From IMG/VR virus record IMGVR_UViG_3300042291_001013: a stretch of DNA of 64,000 nucleotides; one strand, 5' to 3'. The notes below the pieces were generated by a model. The model ran no database searches and was not told the origin of the DNA. It worked only from the letters and a program-made list of their open reading frames with translations. The position numbers and the translations under genes are program-made. Positions 8,861 to 17,997 of the stretch are shown here, in pieces. The DNA is from a virus (taxonomy: Duplodnaviria; Caudoviricetes). Within the stretch, counting starts at the first letter, position 1. Every line of letters starts with the position of its first letter.

Positions 8861-9949
8861 TTATAGACCTGCCAGACGCTTGAGGTCGATCACATTACTG
8901 CGTTCTTCCGTAGCTGTACTGTTAACAGTTTTATTACCAGTTGCAACAGAAACTTGTTCGGTAATCACTTTGGTGGCTTTTACAGATCTGTCTTCTAACA
9001 CTGCTGGTAGATACTTTTCAAAAGCGTTTTTCAAACGGGTAGTTTGTACGCTTTCGAGCAAATTACGCATGACATCTGCTTTTTCCTTGTTTAAGGGAGC
9101 CAGCAACATTTCCAATGTGCTGTCACGCTCATTGGATTCTTTGATCATACGCAGTTCGCGTTCTTTTGACTCAACTACGACTTTCGCCTTTTCGGTGAGT
9201 TTAATGGCCTCGGCCAATTGTCCATCTTTAGATTCTAACTGTGCATACAGCTTACGAACTTCTGCTTTCTCATTGAGGTGAGTAGCACCAAATTCACTTG
9301 CGTATGCTTCAAAGATGCGACGACCAAAGTTGTTCTCACGAGCAACCTTGATATCTTCTTGTAACTGATTGAGCTCAGCCTTTAAATGACGGCTAACAGC
9401 TTGACTCATTTTCTCTGCACTTTCCTTAACGAAACGTGTCTTAAGAGTCTCAAGTTTTTCACGAGCTTCACGAACCAAGCGGACTTTTGTTTCCACTACG
9501 TCACGCTTGTCTGCGGCAAACTCTTGAATTTCACGAGCCAAAGCATGCACCATGAAGTTTTCTAGTTTTGCTAGACCTTCAGTGTGCATTTTACGATCCT
9601 TACGCAGTTCGCCAATTTCTTCTGCAAGTTTAGTAACCAAGAAGCCGTTAAACTTCTGTGCTGATTCTTTCATCTTGCTTTGGAACTTGACGCGATCTTC
9701 TGCCAGTGCTTGCTTTTCAGCGGCAACGGCGTGAATCTCTGCGGCTAGACCTTCTGTAACCATCTTATCTAAGGCTTCAACCATGACTGACTTGTCATGC
9801 TCATAGCGTTGTGCAAATTCCTCGCGGAGTTCTACACGGGCCTGTTCACGAGCTTCATTTAGCTTGGTTTCCCATGCTTCATTAATCTCTTGTCGAGTTT
9901 CCTCGGTGATCAGGTTACTATCAAGCAATGGTTTGATTGCATCTAACAT
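8861..9949 (-). CDS. gp22: Prohead core scaffold protein (gp22-like)
   Basis: Long charged coiled-coil protein between protease and capsid genes. Confidence 0.8.
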   Translation of the reverse strand: MLDAIKPLLDSNLITEETRQEINEAWETKLNEAREQARVELREEFAQRYEHDKSVMVEALDKMVTEGLAAEIHAVAAEKQALAEDRVKFQSKMKESAQKFNGFLVTKLAEEIGELRKDRKMHTEGLAKLENFMVHALAREIQEFAADKRDVVETKVRLVREAREKLETLKTRFVKESAEKMSQAVSRHLKAELNQLQEDIKVARENNFGRRIFEAYASEFGATHLNEKAEVRKLYAQLESKDGQLAEAIKLTEKAKVVVESKERELRMIKESNERDSTLEMLLAPLNKEKADVMRNLLESVQTTRLKNAFEKYLPAVLEDRSVKATKVITEQVSVATGNKTVNSTATEERSNVIDLKRLAGL

Positions 9950-9961
9950 GCCTGGTTCTCC

Positions 9962-10597
9962 TTATATTTTAAGATCCCGAATGAGTTTTACAACTTCATT
10001 CTTTAGGTATCTCTGTACCTTGCTGTCCTCGCCAGCTTCCCGAGCAATTTCAAGCAGTCTGTGACCATATTTCATGTTCATCATGCTTTCGTAAATTGCT
10101 TTGGGGTATGCATTAGGTGCACTGGGTTGGGCAACCACATCTATAGTAACTATTTCAAAGTCACTAACATGTCCTGTTCTATCGTCAACGTTGCCACTTC
10201 CGCGGCTTGAAACTCCCAATTTTACACCAGATGTCAACAGCGTCTTGATCAACTCACCCATGGGGGTTGGAAGAATCTTTAACTTGCCGCATCCAGTATC
10301 GCCATCCATCCACATACCTTCAACACTGTGGCACACACGGTCTAGATTAATCTTGAGATCATCAGGATGATCAACTTCACCTAAAACTGAGTTACCTTCT
10401 TTAATCTGTTGATTAATAGTGTTAACCGCTTTGCTGATTTCATGTAAGGGATATACCCGGTCATTTGCATTGCGCTTGTTGCCTTCAATGCAGATACCTT
10501 TGAGATAGAGATTCTTACCTTGCCCATCCGTGCTGGATTCTTCCAGCACCTGGATATTGGCTTGTGTAAAGGTAAGTTGTTCTCTTAGAGTTTTCAT
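9962..10597 (-). CDS. gp21: Prohead maturation protease (gp21-like)
   Basis: NANDRVYP, LGEVDHP, VSH-like VCH, GVSSRGSG and DVVAQPSAPNAY motifs. Confidence 0.93.
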   Translation of the reverse strand: MKTLREQLTFTQANIQVLEESSTDGQGKNLYLKGICIEGNKRNANDRVYPLHEISKAVNTINQQIKEGNSVLGEVDHPDDLKINLDRVCHSVEGMWMDGDTGCGKLKILPTPMGELIKTLLTSGVKLGVSSRGSGNVDDRTGHVSDFEIVTIDVVAQPSAPNAYPKAIYESMMNMKYGHRLLEIAREAGEDSKVQRYLKNEVVKLIRDLKI

Positions 10598-10604
10598 TGA
10601 CTAA

Positions 10605-11432
10605 TTAACTCTTTGCCACTGGGCTTCTGTTGTTTTGTCCGCTGGCTTGACCAAGTTGTGGCTTGGTAGCTGGCTTTGGACTTTGTGTGCCTTGAGCTGG
10701 TGTGTTACCAACTTTGCCAATCAGATCTTTTGTGTTGTTGCTGTAGGCTGGAGTGTCATGTCTGCCACCCATTTCGCCACCAGCGTGTACTGGCTTGACT
10801 GAGTTGCCAATTGGGCCTTTAGCACCTGCGTTAGCGGCTACAGTAGACTTCTTGTTGACACCGCCTTCTTCAGAAGTCACTGGCTTTGGGGCTGATTTTA
10901 GTGTTACAGCTTCCATCATGCCCATTTCTTCAGTGTCGTCCATTTCAATAGCGTCGCCGCCTTCTTCAGGACCAAAACCGTCGCCGTCGCCCATGTCATC
11001 ACCACCGCCCATTAGGTCTTCAAATTCGGCCATCAACTGGTCCAATTTGTCTTCCAAATTCATGATGTCGTCTTTGGATGCTGGCTCTGAACCGCCCATG
11101 TCGTCACCGCCCATGTCGTCACCGCCCATGTCGTCTCCGCCCATGTCGTCGCCACCTTCGTCGTCGCCACCAAAGTCTTCTTCGCCTTCCATGCTCATGT
11201 CTTGCTGTTCTTCAGCTTCAACATCATCAATCAGGTTATCGGCAGCATCACCGCCCATGTCGCCTTCTTCGATGTCTTCGTCGGCGCCTTCTTCGATTTC
11301 CTCAGCTTCTTCTTGCATGAGGTTTTCGTAAATCTCGCGTGACTTTTCTACAACAATGTCATGGAAAAGTTCTTTGGCTTTCGCCTCTTCATCATTAATC
11401 ACGTATTCGATTAATTGTTCAAATCTATTCAT
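10605..11432 (-). CDS. Highly acidic low-complexity prohead core/internal protein (275 aa)
   Basis: D/E/G/M-rich middle, position between portal and protease as for T4 gp67/gp68; TAAATA at 11462-11467 and AGGAG upstream. Confidence 0.6.
   Translation of the reverse strand: MNRFEQLIEYVINDEEAKAKELFHDIVVEKSREIYENLMQEEAEEIEEGADEDIEEGDMGGDAADNLIDDVEAEEQQDMSMEGEEDFGGDDEGGDDMGGDDMGGDDMGGDDMGGSEPASKDDIMNLEDKLDQLMAEFEDLMGGGDDMGDGDGFGPEEGGDAIEMDDTEEMGMMEAVTLKSAPKPVTSEEGGVNKKSTVAANAGAKGPIGNSVKPVHAGGEMGGRHDTPAYSNNTKDLIGKVGNTPAQGTQSPKPATKPQLGQASGQNNRSPVAKS
11092..11151. repeat. 15-bp coding tandem repeat x4 (GGDDM)
   Basis: ccgcccatgtcgtc(a/t/g) repeated four times inside the acidic ORF. Confidence 0.9.
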
Positions 11433-11525
11433 AGAAAACTCCTATAGGTAAAGTATGTGTTTATTTACCCAGTAGGAGAAAAAGCAGTGGTTTAAGGTGT
11501 GAAAAAGGCGAATATTTAGAATTTA

Positions 11526-11744
11526 TTACGCAGGCGGGGCAGGTGCGGGTGCATACTGCTGACGCACCAATTTTAATTTTTCTTTGTACTCAACAGTACG
11601 GACGTCGTTCATTTTGCGCAACTTGTTGAGTTGGCGCAGTGTAAGATGCGTTTTACGCAAATCGCCTAGTTGTGTTTGGCTGTTGTCGTTGTCAAGATCC
11701 TGATAGGCGCCAGGTTCTTTGTGCCAAAACTCGTTGAGTATCAT
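11526..11744 (-). CDS. Small basic/helical protein downstream of portal (72 aa)
   Basis: Fills the gap between portal and acidic protein; preceded by TATAAATA at 11750-11757 overlapping the portal stop codon. Confidence 0.7.
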   Translation of the reverse strand: MILNEFWHKEPGAYQDLDNDNSQTQLGDLRKTHLTLRQLNKLRKMNDVRTVEYKEKLKLVRQQYAPAPAPPA

Positions 11745-11752
11745 ATCAATAT

Positions 11753-13525
11753 TTATACAGCTGGCGGTGCCGCGCCAGGTGCGGCTCCAGGTGCTACACC
11801 AGCTACTTCAGCTGATCCAGGCATTGCACCAGCTGGCTCCATTTGTGACATTTCTTCACCAGTTTCAACGTCTGCCTCTAGGCCGCCGGGGGTTATGCCC
11901 ACACTGCGCAGATCTTGACCTTGAGTGGTTTGCATGTCAGGCTGGTCTCGCTCTTCGCGCCACATTTGTTCGTTTTCTTTGATTTCTTCTTCGGTCAATC
12001 CCAAGAAGCGTTCCAGCATAAAGCGTTTGCTCATGTACGGCAACGGTTCCATTTGCATGAATGCTTGAATTCTTGTGTTGTCTAGCTCGCTTTGACGATA
12101 GCTGGCAAAGTTTTGTGGAGCATTGAACTTGATTGAAAACAGGCCAGAGTCAATGTTGAACCCGCGCCACTTCAAGAACATCTTGAATTCGTCGTCTAGT
12201 TTTTGTGCAATCAACGCTTGTAAACGTTCACAATACTGGTTGAATCTGTACTCTTGTATCAGTGCTGTGCCTACTTTTCCGTCGCTCATGGCACGGTCTG
12301 AGTCGTCAGGACCAGTGGGCAAATAGCTTGAAGGCACACGCAGGCCACGAGCCATTTTGTTGTTGAAATACTTTAAATCGTCAATTTCGCCTAGGTTCTG
12401 GCCACCAGGCAGTGTTTCAACACTGCTTCCGCGACCGTCTTGTCCTTGGGGAAAGAAATAGTCTTCGTTGATGCTGAGTGGATTGTAGCTGGCATCCATC
12501 ATGTTGGTACCACCACCTGTTATTGTGGGAATACGTCGCTGATGCATTTCATTTTTTACACGTTCCACAAACTGCATGGCCAAGTGTGATGGCATGTTGC
12601 CCACGTCAATCTTGAAGATTCGTCGTTCTGGAGCACGTTGTACACGATAGATCAGCACAGCATCTTCCAGCAGTTCTTTTTGCTTGAATACTTTGTAAAT
12701 TTGCTCTAGTACACTGCGTCCAAATGGCCAAAACACGTCCAGGCCTTCGTTCAAGCTCATGTGTATCACGTGCTTGGCATCCAGGCAAGTTTCGTTCATG
12801 GCAGTCATAAAGCGACTGTTGCCCACACCACCACCTGTGCCACCGTTGGGCATGGTGTAGTTTGCGGCACCTGAAATTGACCCTGTAACCGGATTGGTCA
12901 TGTAGTCTGTGGTGGTCTTAGCAGCCACAGTCATGTTTTGGAAGTTGGGGTTGATGTCACGAATCACATACTGCTCAGGACGCTTGCCTTCGCTTTCGTT
13001 TACAATCACTCTAGCAACCTTGGTCATGTCTACCCAGTACATTTCAAATGTTTCTGGATCACGCACAAACACTTGATCACCGTACTTGATGGTGTTGCGG
13101 AACAGTTTGAATATGCGCTGATCCAGTTTGTTCAGTTTGACCCACTGCTGTAACTGTTTCTTGATAATGTCAATCTCGTGATCAGTGGGTTTGTCTTTGT
13201 AGTCTACGTCAAATGGCGTACCATTTGACTCATTCATTTGTGTAGAGAACTCAGCAATGATGTCTAGGCAAGCATTGATTTCTGAGTCCATGTCCATGTT
13301 TTCGTACTGATTATAACGTTCAACACGATTGGGATGGCCTGAGTACACTTCGGGCAGTCGGCTAGCATAGTTACGAAACACAAAGTCAGCTTGTGTTGCT
13401 TGCCCGTCGTTCTTTTCAAACCCTGGCAGGCCATAGCTGTTTCGTCCGTTGATAGGACTCATCACACCTGAAGTGTCTGCTACTTTAAAATACTTTTTCC
13501 AGCCGGGTTTATTTTGATCTGCCAT
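11753..13525 (-). CDS. gp20: Portal protein (gp20-like)
   Basis: LEDAVLIYRVQRAPERRIFKIDVGNMP, EDYFFP...GSSVETLPGGQNLGEIDDLKYF motifs. Confidence 0.95.
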   Translation of the reverse strand: MADQNKPGWKKYFKVADTSGVMSPINGRNSYGLPGFEKNDGQATQADFVFRNYASRLPEVYSGHPNRVERYNQYENMDMDSEINACLDIIAEFSTQMNESNGTPFDVDYKDKPTDHEIDIIKKQLQQWVKLNKLDQRIFKLFRNTIKYGDQVFVRDPETFEMYWVDMTKVARVIVNESEGKRPEQYVIRDINPNFQNMTVAAKTTTDYMTNPVTGSISGAANYTMPNGGTGGGVGNSRFMTAMNETCLDAKHVIHMSLNEGLDVFWPFGRSVLEQIYKVFKQKELLEDAVLIYRVQRAPERRIFKIDVGNMPSHLAMQFVERVKNEMHQRRIPTITGGGTNMMDASYNPLSINEDYFFPQGQDGRGSSVETLPGGQNLGEIDDLKYFNNKMARGLRVPSSYLPTGPDDSDRAMSDGKVGTALIQEYRFNQYCERLQALIAQKLDDEFKMFLKWRGFNIDSGLFSIKFNAPQNFASYRQSELDNTRIQAFMQMEPLPYMSKRFMLERFLGLTEEEIKENEQMWREERDQPDMQTTQGQDLRSVGITPGGLEADVETGEEMSQMEPAGAMPGSAEVAGVAPGAAPGAAPPAV

Positions 13526-13544
13526 AGTCTATTATTTACCGTGA

Positions 13545-16394
13545 TTAGCTTTGCATACGCAACATCTTGTTTGCTACACTAGTTGAATCCTTTTGAGCTT
13601 TTACCATTTCCTGCATCATAGCCAGCATTTGTTTGCTGTCTGATGCCATGTTTTCAAACAACTTTATAAAGTCTCCGCTGTTGTTTTGCATTGGTATCAC
13701 TGCTTCTTTGCCGTGTAATGTTGCTTGATATCCTTCGTCTGGCCCATCGGCTATCATACCTTTTTCACCAGACAACTGGAAGTGTACCGGGTCTTTGGGA
13801 ACTACTTGTCGCAACCCCTGATTATTCAACGCCTTGATGGCCGCAGGATCACTGTAGTTTTGAATATCTACTGCTAGTCCTTTTTCGTGTGAACTAGTAC
13901 CCGGGCGACCAACTGGCATACCAGTTGGGCCAATGCCGGGACGTCCAGCATCAATTGTTTCTTGATACAATCGTACTTGATCATCTGGGTCACGTTTGGC
14001 GCTGTTAATTTGGAGTTTATTACCAGTTAATGAATTATACTCGCTGGCAGCCAGCATCACAGCCTTTTCTAATCTGTCATCAAGTGCTTCAAAATTACTT
14101 GCTGAACCGCTATGACCTCCAAATCGTAAAAGATCATTTGGATTACCTGATCCAGCCGCGCCACCACCTCCCGTTAATCCTGATCCACCACCCATGCCTG
14201 GCGCCGCGGGCCTGCCGCCAGATTTTAATCCAGTGCCGCCGCCCATGATAGCTTGTTGTGCGGCACCGGTGCGCATGTTACCAGACTGGGCAAGCGCGGT
14301 GGCAGAACCAGCAGTACTCATATTACCGCCAGCCATCTTGTTCACAATATCCATGATCCCGCCAAGACCAGTTTTGCCTGCTGATTGTTGACCAAATGCT
14401 TGTCCCACTCCGGGCATGCCTTCGTTGTCAACTTCGTTTACTACATCATTCATGAATTCAGTAAGTTTGTTAAAGTATCGCTCTTCAACTTTGCTAAACT
14501 GTTGCATTTTTGTAGTTTGAGTGTCAATAGACTTTTGCTGTGCCTTGTAGTCTTTTAAGATTTCGTCTACTGATGATTTGATCTCTTGAGCTGAACGCTG
14601 TGTATACTCACTGACATTGCCGGCCATGTCCAAGGGAACAATGTTGCCGCCTGTGTCGGGCACAAACAGTTCAGGACCTTTTTCGCCTACAATATAAGGA
14701 ACACTGGAGTCAACCGGCCCGCCCTTTTCTCGTTTTTCAATATTTTTTAACTGCTGACGCAACCAGGCCTTGTCTCGTTCACTTACTCCTGGATCGTCCA
14801 AGGCAATGTTAGCATTATTAACTTCTTCTGGACTACTAGGGGCGTAGTCACGACCAACTGAGCTCATTTGGTTGGCTACAGGCTTGGCTGGCTCTTCTTT
14901 GTAAACGCCAGCCAGTCTTGCCAGAGCCTTTGCCGCTTTGAGCGAAGCTTCAGCTACGTCAATCATGCCTTGTTGTGCTGCCGGAATACCTTCAGCAACA
15001 AGTTTATTAATTTCTTGGTTGATTTCAATCTGTCGATCAACTGTGTCAACTTGACCTTTCAGCAACTTGTCATTTGACATTTTGCGTTTTTTGTCTTCTT
15101 CATCTTTAATGTATTTCTGCTTTTCTTCGTAACTCATGTTACTGAGAATTGAGGATTTTTCCATTTCAGCTGACGACAACTGTATGCCAGCACCAGCATT
15201 CAGTTTGCTCATTGCAATACCAATAGTTTTTTCGTGTCTAGCCACGCCCTTAGTAATACCAGTGAATGCTTGTGCGGCTGTTCTAGTTCCGTTGGCCATG
15301 CCCATGATTTCTTTTTGTGCTATGCCTGCTGTGGTAAAGTTTAATTTCTGTGCATCAGCACTGCGCAAGTTTCCAGTGACCATGGCTTTAAAACCTTCTT
15401 CCATGCCTGGACCAATTGCCGCAGCCATGATCAGACCTTCTTTCAATTGGGCGGCAGCAGCCAAACTTTCAGCATCACCTTTGAGTTCTAGTTCACGTAT
15501 CTTGGCGTTGAACATTTCACTACTCTTGGCACGATCCAGCACGTCCTGCTGTTGCTTGGCGTTCATACCTGTGAGTTCAGCCAGTCTGTTCTGTTGGAAA
15601 ATATATTCTGTAGCACTGGCTGCCAACTCCTTGTTGGTCATGTTTTGCGCACGACCAGTACGTGACATTTCTTTTAGGTATCTTGCTTGGCCTTCAACAA
15701 TATCCACTGTGCTCATGCCCATGGCCAAGAATTCTTTGCGACTGCCTTTCATGGCCTCGCCCATGTCACCCAATCGTTGAACACCCTGAGCGGCGCTGCC
15801 GCCTAACAATGCCAGTTCTTGGCTGTTGCCAGCCACAATGCCTGTCAAGTCACTCAGCTCGTCCATGGTCAAACTCAACTGATTGCTGAGTTTGAGCACG
15901 CCAGTCATGCCAGTAGAAGCTGCCGCTCCAGATTTGGCTAGATCACTGTAGCTTTTGTACAACTTGTCGGACATGGTAGCCGACATTTTCTGAAACTCTG
16001 CACGAGCCTGAATCACACCCACAGTGAGCGCAGTAAAGCCTGCCACTAGACCTTTGATTAACGGTCCACCCGGAATCAACATTGTCAACGCAATTGCCGC
16101 AAGACTTGCGGCTTGAGTCATGTGATCTAGGCCTTCGTTAAACGCCGCGGCACCTTTTTTGCCATCGGCCATGGCCTTGAAAGTAGACACTGCCCCTTTG
16201 GCCAATTCCCCCAGACCTTGTGCAGCCGTAGCAGTACTCTTGCTGAAATTGTCAATGCCATACTTGGACTTCATTTCGGCATCTTTTACCTTCTCAGCTG
16301 TGGCCTGCGTGATTTCGCCAAAAGCGGCCAGTTCTTTATTAACTTGTTGTAGTAACGCCGCTGTTTGTGCGGCTTCTTGATTTACGTCTGCCAT
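13545..16394 (-). CDS. Tape-measure-like protein with C-terminal M15-type (D-Ala-D-Ala peptidase-like) domain
   Basis: Ala/Lys/Gln-rich helical N-terminal two thirds; GGPV..YIVGEKGPELFVP motif; INSAKR...PGTSSHEKGLAVD zinc-peptidase signature. Confidence 0.7.
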   Translation of the reverse strand: MADVNQEAAQTAALLQQVNKELAAFGEITQATAEKVKDAEMKSKYGIDNFSKSTATAAQGLGELAKGAVSTFKAMADGKKGAAAFNEGLDHMTQAASLAAIALTMLIPGGPLIKGLVAGFTALTVGVIQARAEFQKMSATMSDKLYKSYSDLAKSGAAASTGMTGVLKLSNQLSLTMDELSDLTGIVAGNSQELALLGGSAAQGVQRLGDMGEAMKGSRKEFLAMGMSTVDIVEGQARYLKEMSRTGRAQNMTNKELAASATEYIFQQNRLAELTGMNAKQQQDVLDRAKSSEMFNAKIRELELKGDAESLAAAAQLKEGLIMAAAIGPGMEEGFKAMVTGNLRSADAQKLNFTTAGIAQKEIMGMANGTRTAAQAFTGITKGVARHEKTIGIAMSKLNAGAGIQLSSAEMEKSSILSNMSYEEKQKYIKDEEDKKRKMSNDKLLKGQVDTVDRQIEINQEINKLVAEGIPAAQQGMIDVAEASLKAAKALARLAGVYKEEPAKPVANQMSSVGRDYAPSSPEEVNNANIALDDPGVSERDKAWLRQQLKNIEKREKGGPVDSSVPYIVGEKGPELFVPDTGGNIVPLDMAGNVSEYTQRSAQEIKSSVDEILKDYKAQQKSIDTQTTKMQQFSKVEERYFNKLTEFMNDVVNEVDNEGMPGVGQAFGQQSAGKTGLGGIMDIVNKMAGGNMSTAGSATALAQSGNMRTGAAQQAIMGGGTGLKSGGRPAAPGMGGGSGLTGGGGAAGSGNPNDLLRFGGHSGSASNFEALDDRLEKAVMLAASEYNSLTGNKLQINSAKRDPDDQVRLYQETIDAGRPGIGPTGMPVGRPGTSSHEKGLAVDIQNYSDPAAIKALNNQGLRQVVPKDPVHFQLSGEKGMIADGPDEGYQATLHGKEAVIPMQNNSGDFIKLFENMASDSKQMLAMMQEMVKAQKDSTSVANKMLRMQS

Positions 16395-16405
16395 GGTTTG
16401 GTGCC

Positions 16406-16427
16406 TATAAGTAGTTTTATATTTATA
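16406..16427. promoter_or_regulatory. Overlapping divergent late promoters
   Basis: TATAAGTA on plus (16406-16413) and TATAAATA on minus (16420-16427) in the 42-nt gap between divergent start codons. Confidence 0.7.
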
Positions 16428-16436
16428 GGTGAAACT

Positions 16437-17282
16437 ATGTCACAAACTGCGAACCCGCTAAAACAATATTTTAGACAACCTGCAATCTATGTTAGATTGC
16501 CCAGCAACGGAGAATTCTGGGACGATGGCTCTCTCAACTTGCCAGTCAACAAGGAATTGCCAGTGTTGCCCATGACTGCCATTGACGAAATTACATATCG
16601 TACCCCAGACTCCTTGTTTAACGGATCTGCGGTAACTCGCGTGATTCAAAGCTGTGTACCTGATGTCAAGGATGCTTGGGTAGCCCCTGGCAGCGACATT
16701 CCCACTTTGTTGGTGTCTATTCGTATTGCTAGTTATGGACATGACATGGAGATGGCCAGTACCTGCCCTGAGTGCAACACCAGCGGAGAGTACACAATTG
16801 ATTTGCGAGCAGTACTAGAAGGAATTACCCTGGGCGACTACAAAACACCGTTGCAACACGGTGACTTGGAAATTTCTTTTCAGCCCATGAACTATCGTCA
16901 ACAAAACGATGTGAACCAACAACAGTTTGATCAACAACGCACCATTGTCAATGTACAGAACGATCCTGATCTTGACGACAATGAAAAAATTGCACAACTA
17001 AACCAGGCACTTGAAAACATCACCAAACTCACCGTGGGCGCACTAAAATACAGTGTGGCCAGCATCAAGACTCCCAGTGCCTTGGTTACCGAAACTGCTC
17101 ACATTGAAGAATTTTTGCACAACTGTGATCGCAAACTGTTTACTCAAGTTAGAGAAAAAATTGTAGACTTGAGAGAAAAAGGCGAGTTTAGACCCATTCA
17201 TGTCACTTGTGGCAACTGCAATCATGAATACGATCAGATGTTGAATCTAGACCAAACAAGTTTTTTCGCGCCCGCCTCTTAA
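16437..17282 (+). CDS. gp26: Baseplate hub assembly protein / tail assembly chaperone-like (T4 gp26-like), 281 aa from the ATG at 16437
   Basis: NPLKQYFRQP..Y+RLPS.G, PMTAIDE, LL+.IRIASYG and two CxxC motifs. Start moved from the track's 16365, which overlaps the divergent gene, to the ATG after AGGTGA. Confidence 0.75.
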   Translation: MSQTANPLKQYFRQPAIYVRLPSNGEFWDDGSLNLPVNKELPVLPMTAIDEITYRTPDSLFNGSAVTRVIQSCVPDVKDAWVAPGSDIPTLLVSIRIASYGHDMEMASTCPECNTSGEYTIDLRAVLEGITLGDYKTPLQHGDLEISFQPMNYRQQNDVNQQQFDQQRTIVNVQNDPDLDDNEKIAQLNQALENITKLTVGALKYSVASIKTPSALVTETAHIEEFLHNCDRKLFTQVREKIVDLREKGEFRPIHVTCGNCNHEYDQMLNLDQTSFFAPAS

Positions 17283-17308
17283 ATTCTAAGCCTGAAGAAA
17301 TATCTTCA

Positions 17309-17497
17309 ATGGTAGATGCCATGGAGAAAGAGGCCAATAACATCAAGGCACAGTGTCTCAAGATGTCATGGTATCTCCGTGGTGGTGGCACATACGAAGA
17401 CGTGCTGAACATGAGTTACAAAGAACGTACACTTATCAATGAACTCATTAAAGAAAACATGGAAACCACTCAGAAAAGCAAAATGCCACACTTCTAA
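17309..17497 (+). CDS. gp51-like baseplate assembly protein; probably also or mainly made as a -1 frameshift extension of the upstream ORF
   Basis: W.LRGG..Y.DVLNMS..ER pattern; no clear SD; its frame is open back to the slippery site at 17261. Confidence 0.65.
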   Translation: MVDAMEKEANNIKAQCLKMSWYLRGGGTYEDVLNMSYKERTLINELIKENMETTQKSKMPHF

Positions 17498-17997
17498 TGG
17501 AACTAGAAACTGTACGCCAAGACATAGAAAACTGGATAGCGAACTTTTTAGAAGTTCCACATCCGGCCTTGGGCGGCTTTTCTCCGTGCCCATATGCAAG
17601 ATCAGCACGACTAAAAAAAAGCTACGCAGTATATCTTGGTGCTGACCCCTACTACGATTTGAAAAATCGTGGGCGCCAAGGCATGGGCAACTGGGAAGTT
17701 GTTATCTATGTTTATGATCCCAAAGAGTGGAATCATGACATGTTGTCTGGCAGCATTGAACTGGCCAACAAGGAAGTGTTGTTGCCCAGAGACATGATTG
17801 CCTTGGAAGATCATCCTGATGACGCAGAAATAGTCAATGGTGTGTGCATGAACCAAGGAACTTACGCATTGGCATTGGTGCAGAGTCTAAGTGATCTAAA
17901 CACCAAGGCCCGGCTAATGGCCAGCAAAGGATTTTATCATAACTGGCCAGAAGAATACTTGCAAGGCTTGTTTCGTCACAGACAGGATCCCAGATGA
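17497..17997 (+). CDS. Hypothetical protein (166 aa), DUF1415-like N-terminal CPYA motif
   Basis: TAATG and ATGA overlaps with neighbours; W...FLEVPHP..GGFSPCPYAR motif. Confidence 0.6.
   Translation: MELETVRQDIENWIANFLEVPHPALGGFSPCPYARSARLKKSYAVYLGADPYYDLKNRGRQGMGNWEVVIYVYDPKEWNHDMLSGSIELANKEVLLPRDMIALEDHPDDAEIVNGVCMNQGTYALALVQSLSDLNTKARLMASKGFYHNWPEEYLQGLFRHRQDPR

Noticed and set aside
16365-16436. ORF-track N-terminal extensions for 16365, 21240, 22142 and 31443 starts
   Set aside because: They overlap neighbouring genes or promoters; downstream ATGs at 16437, 21219, 22085 and 31449 have SD or stop-start coupling.
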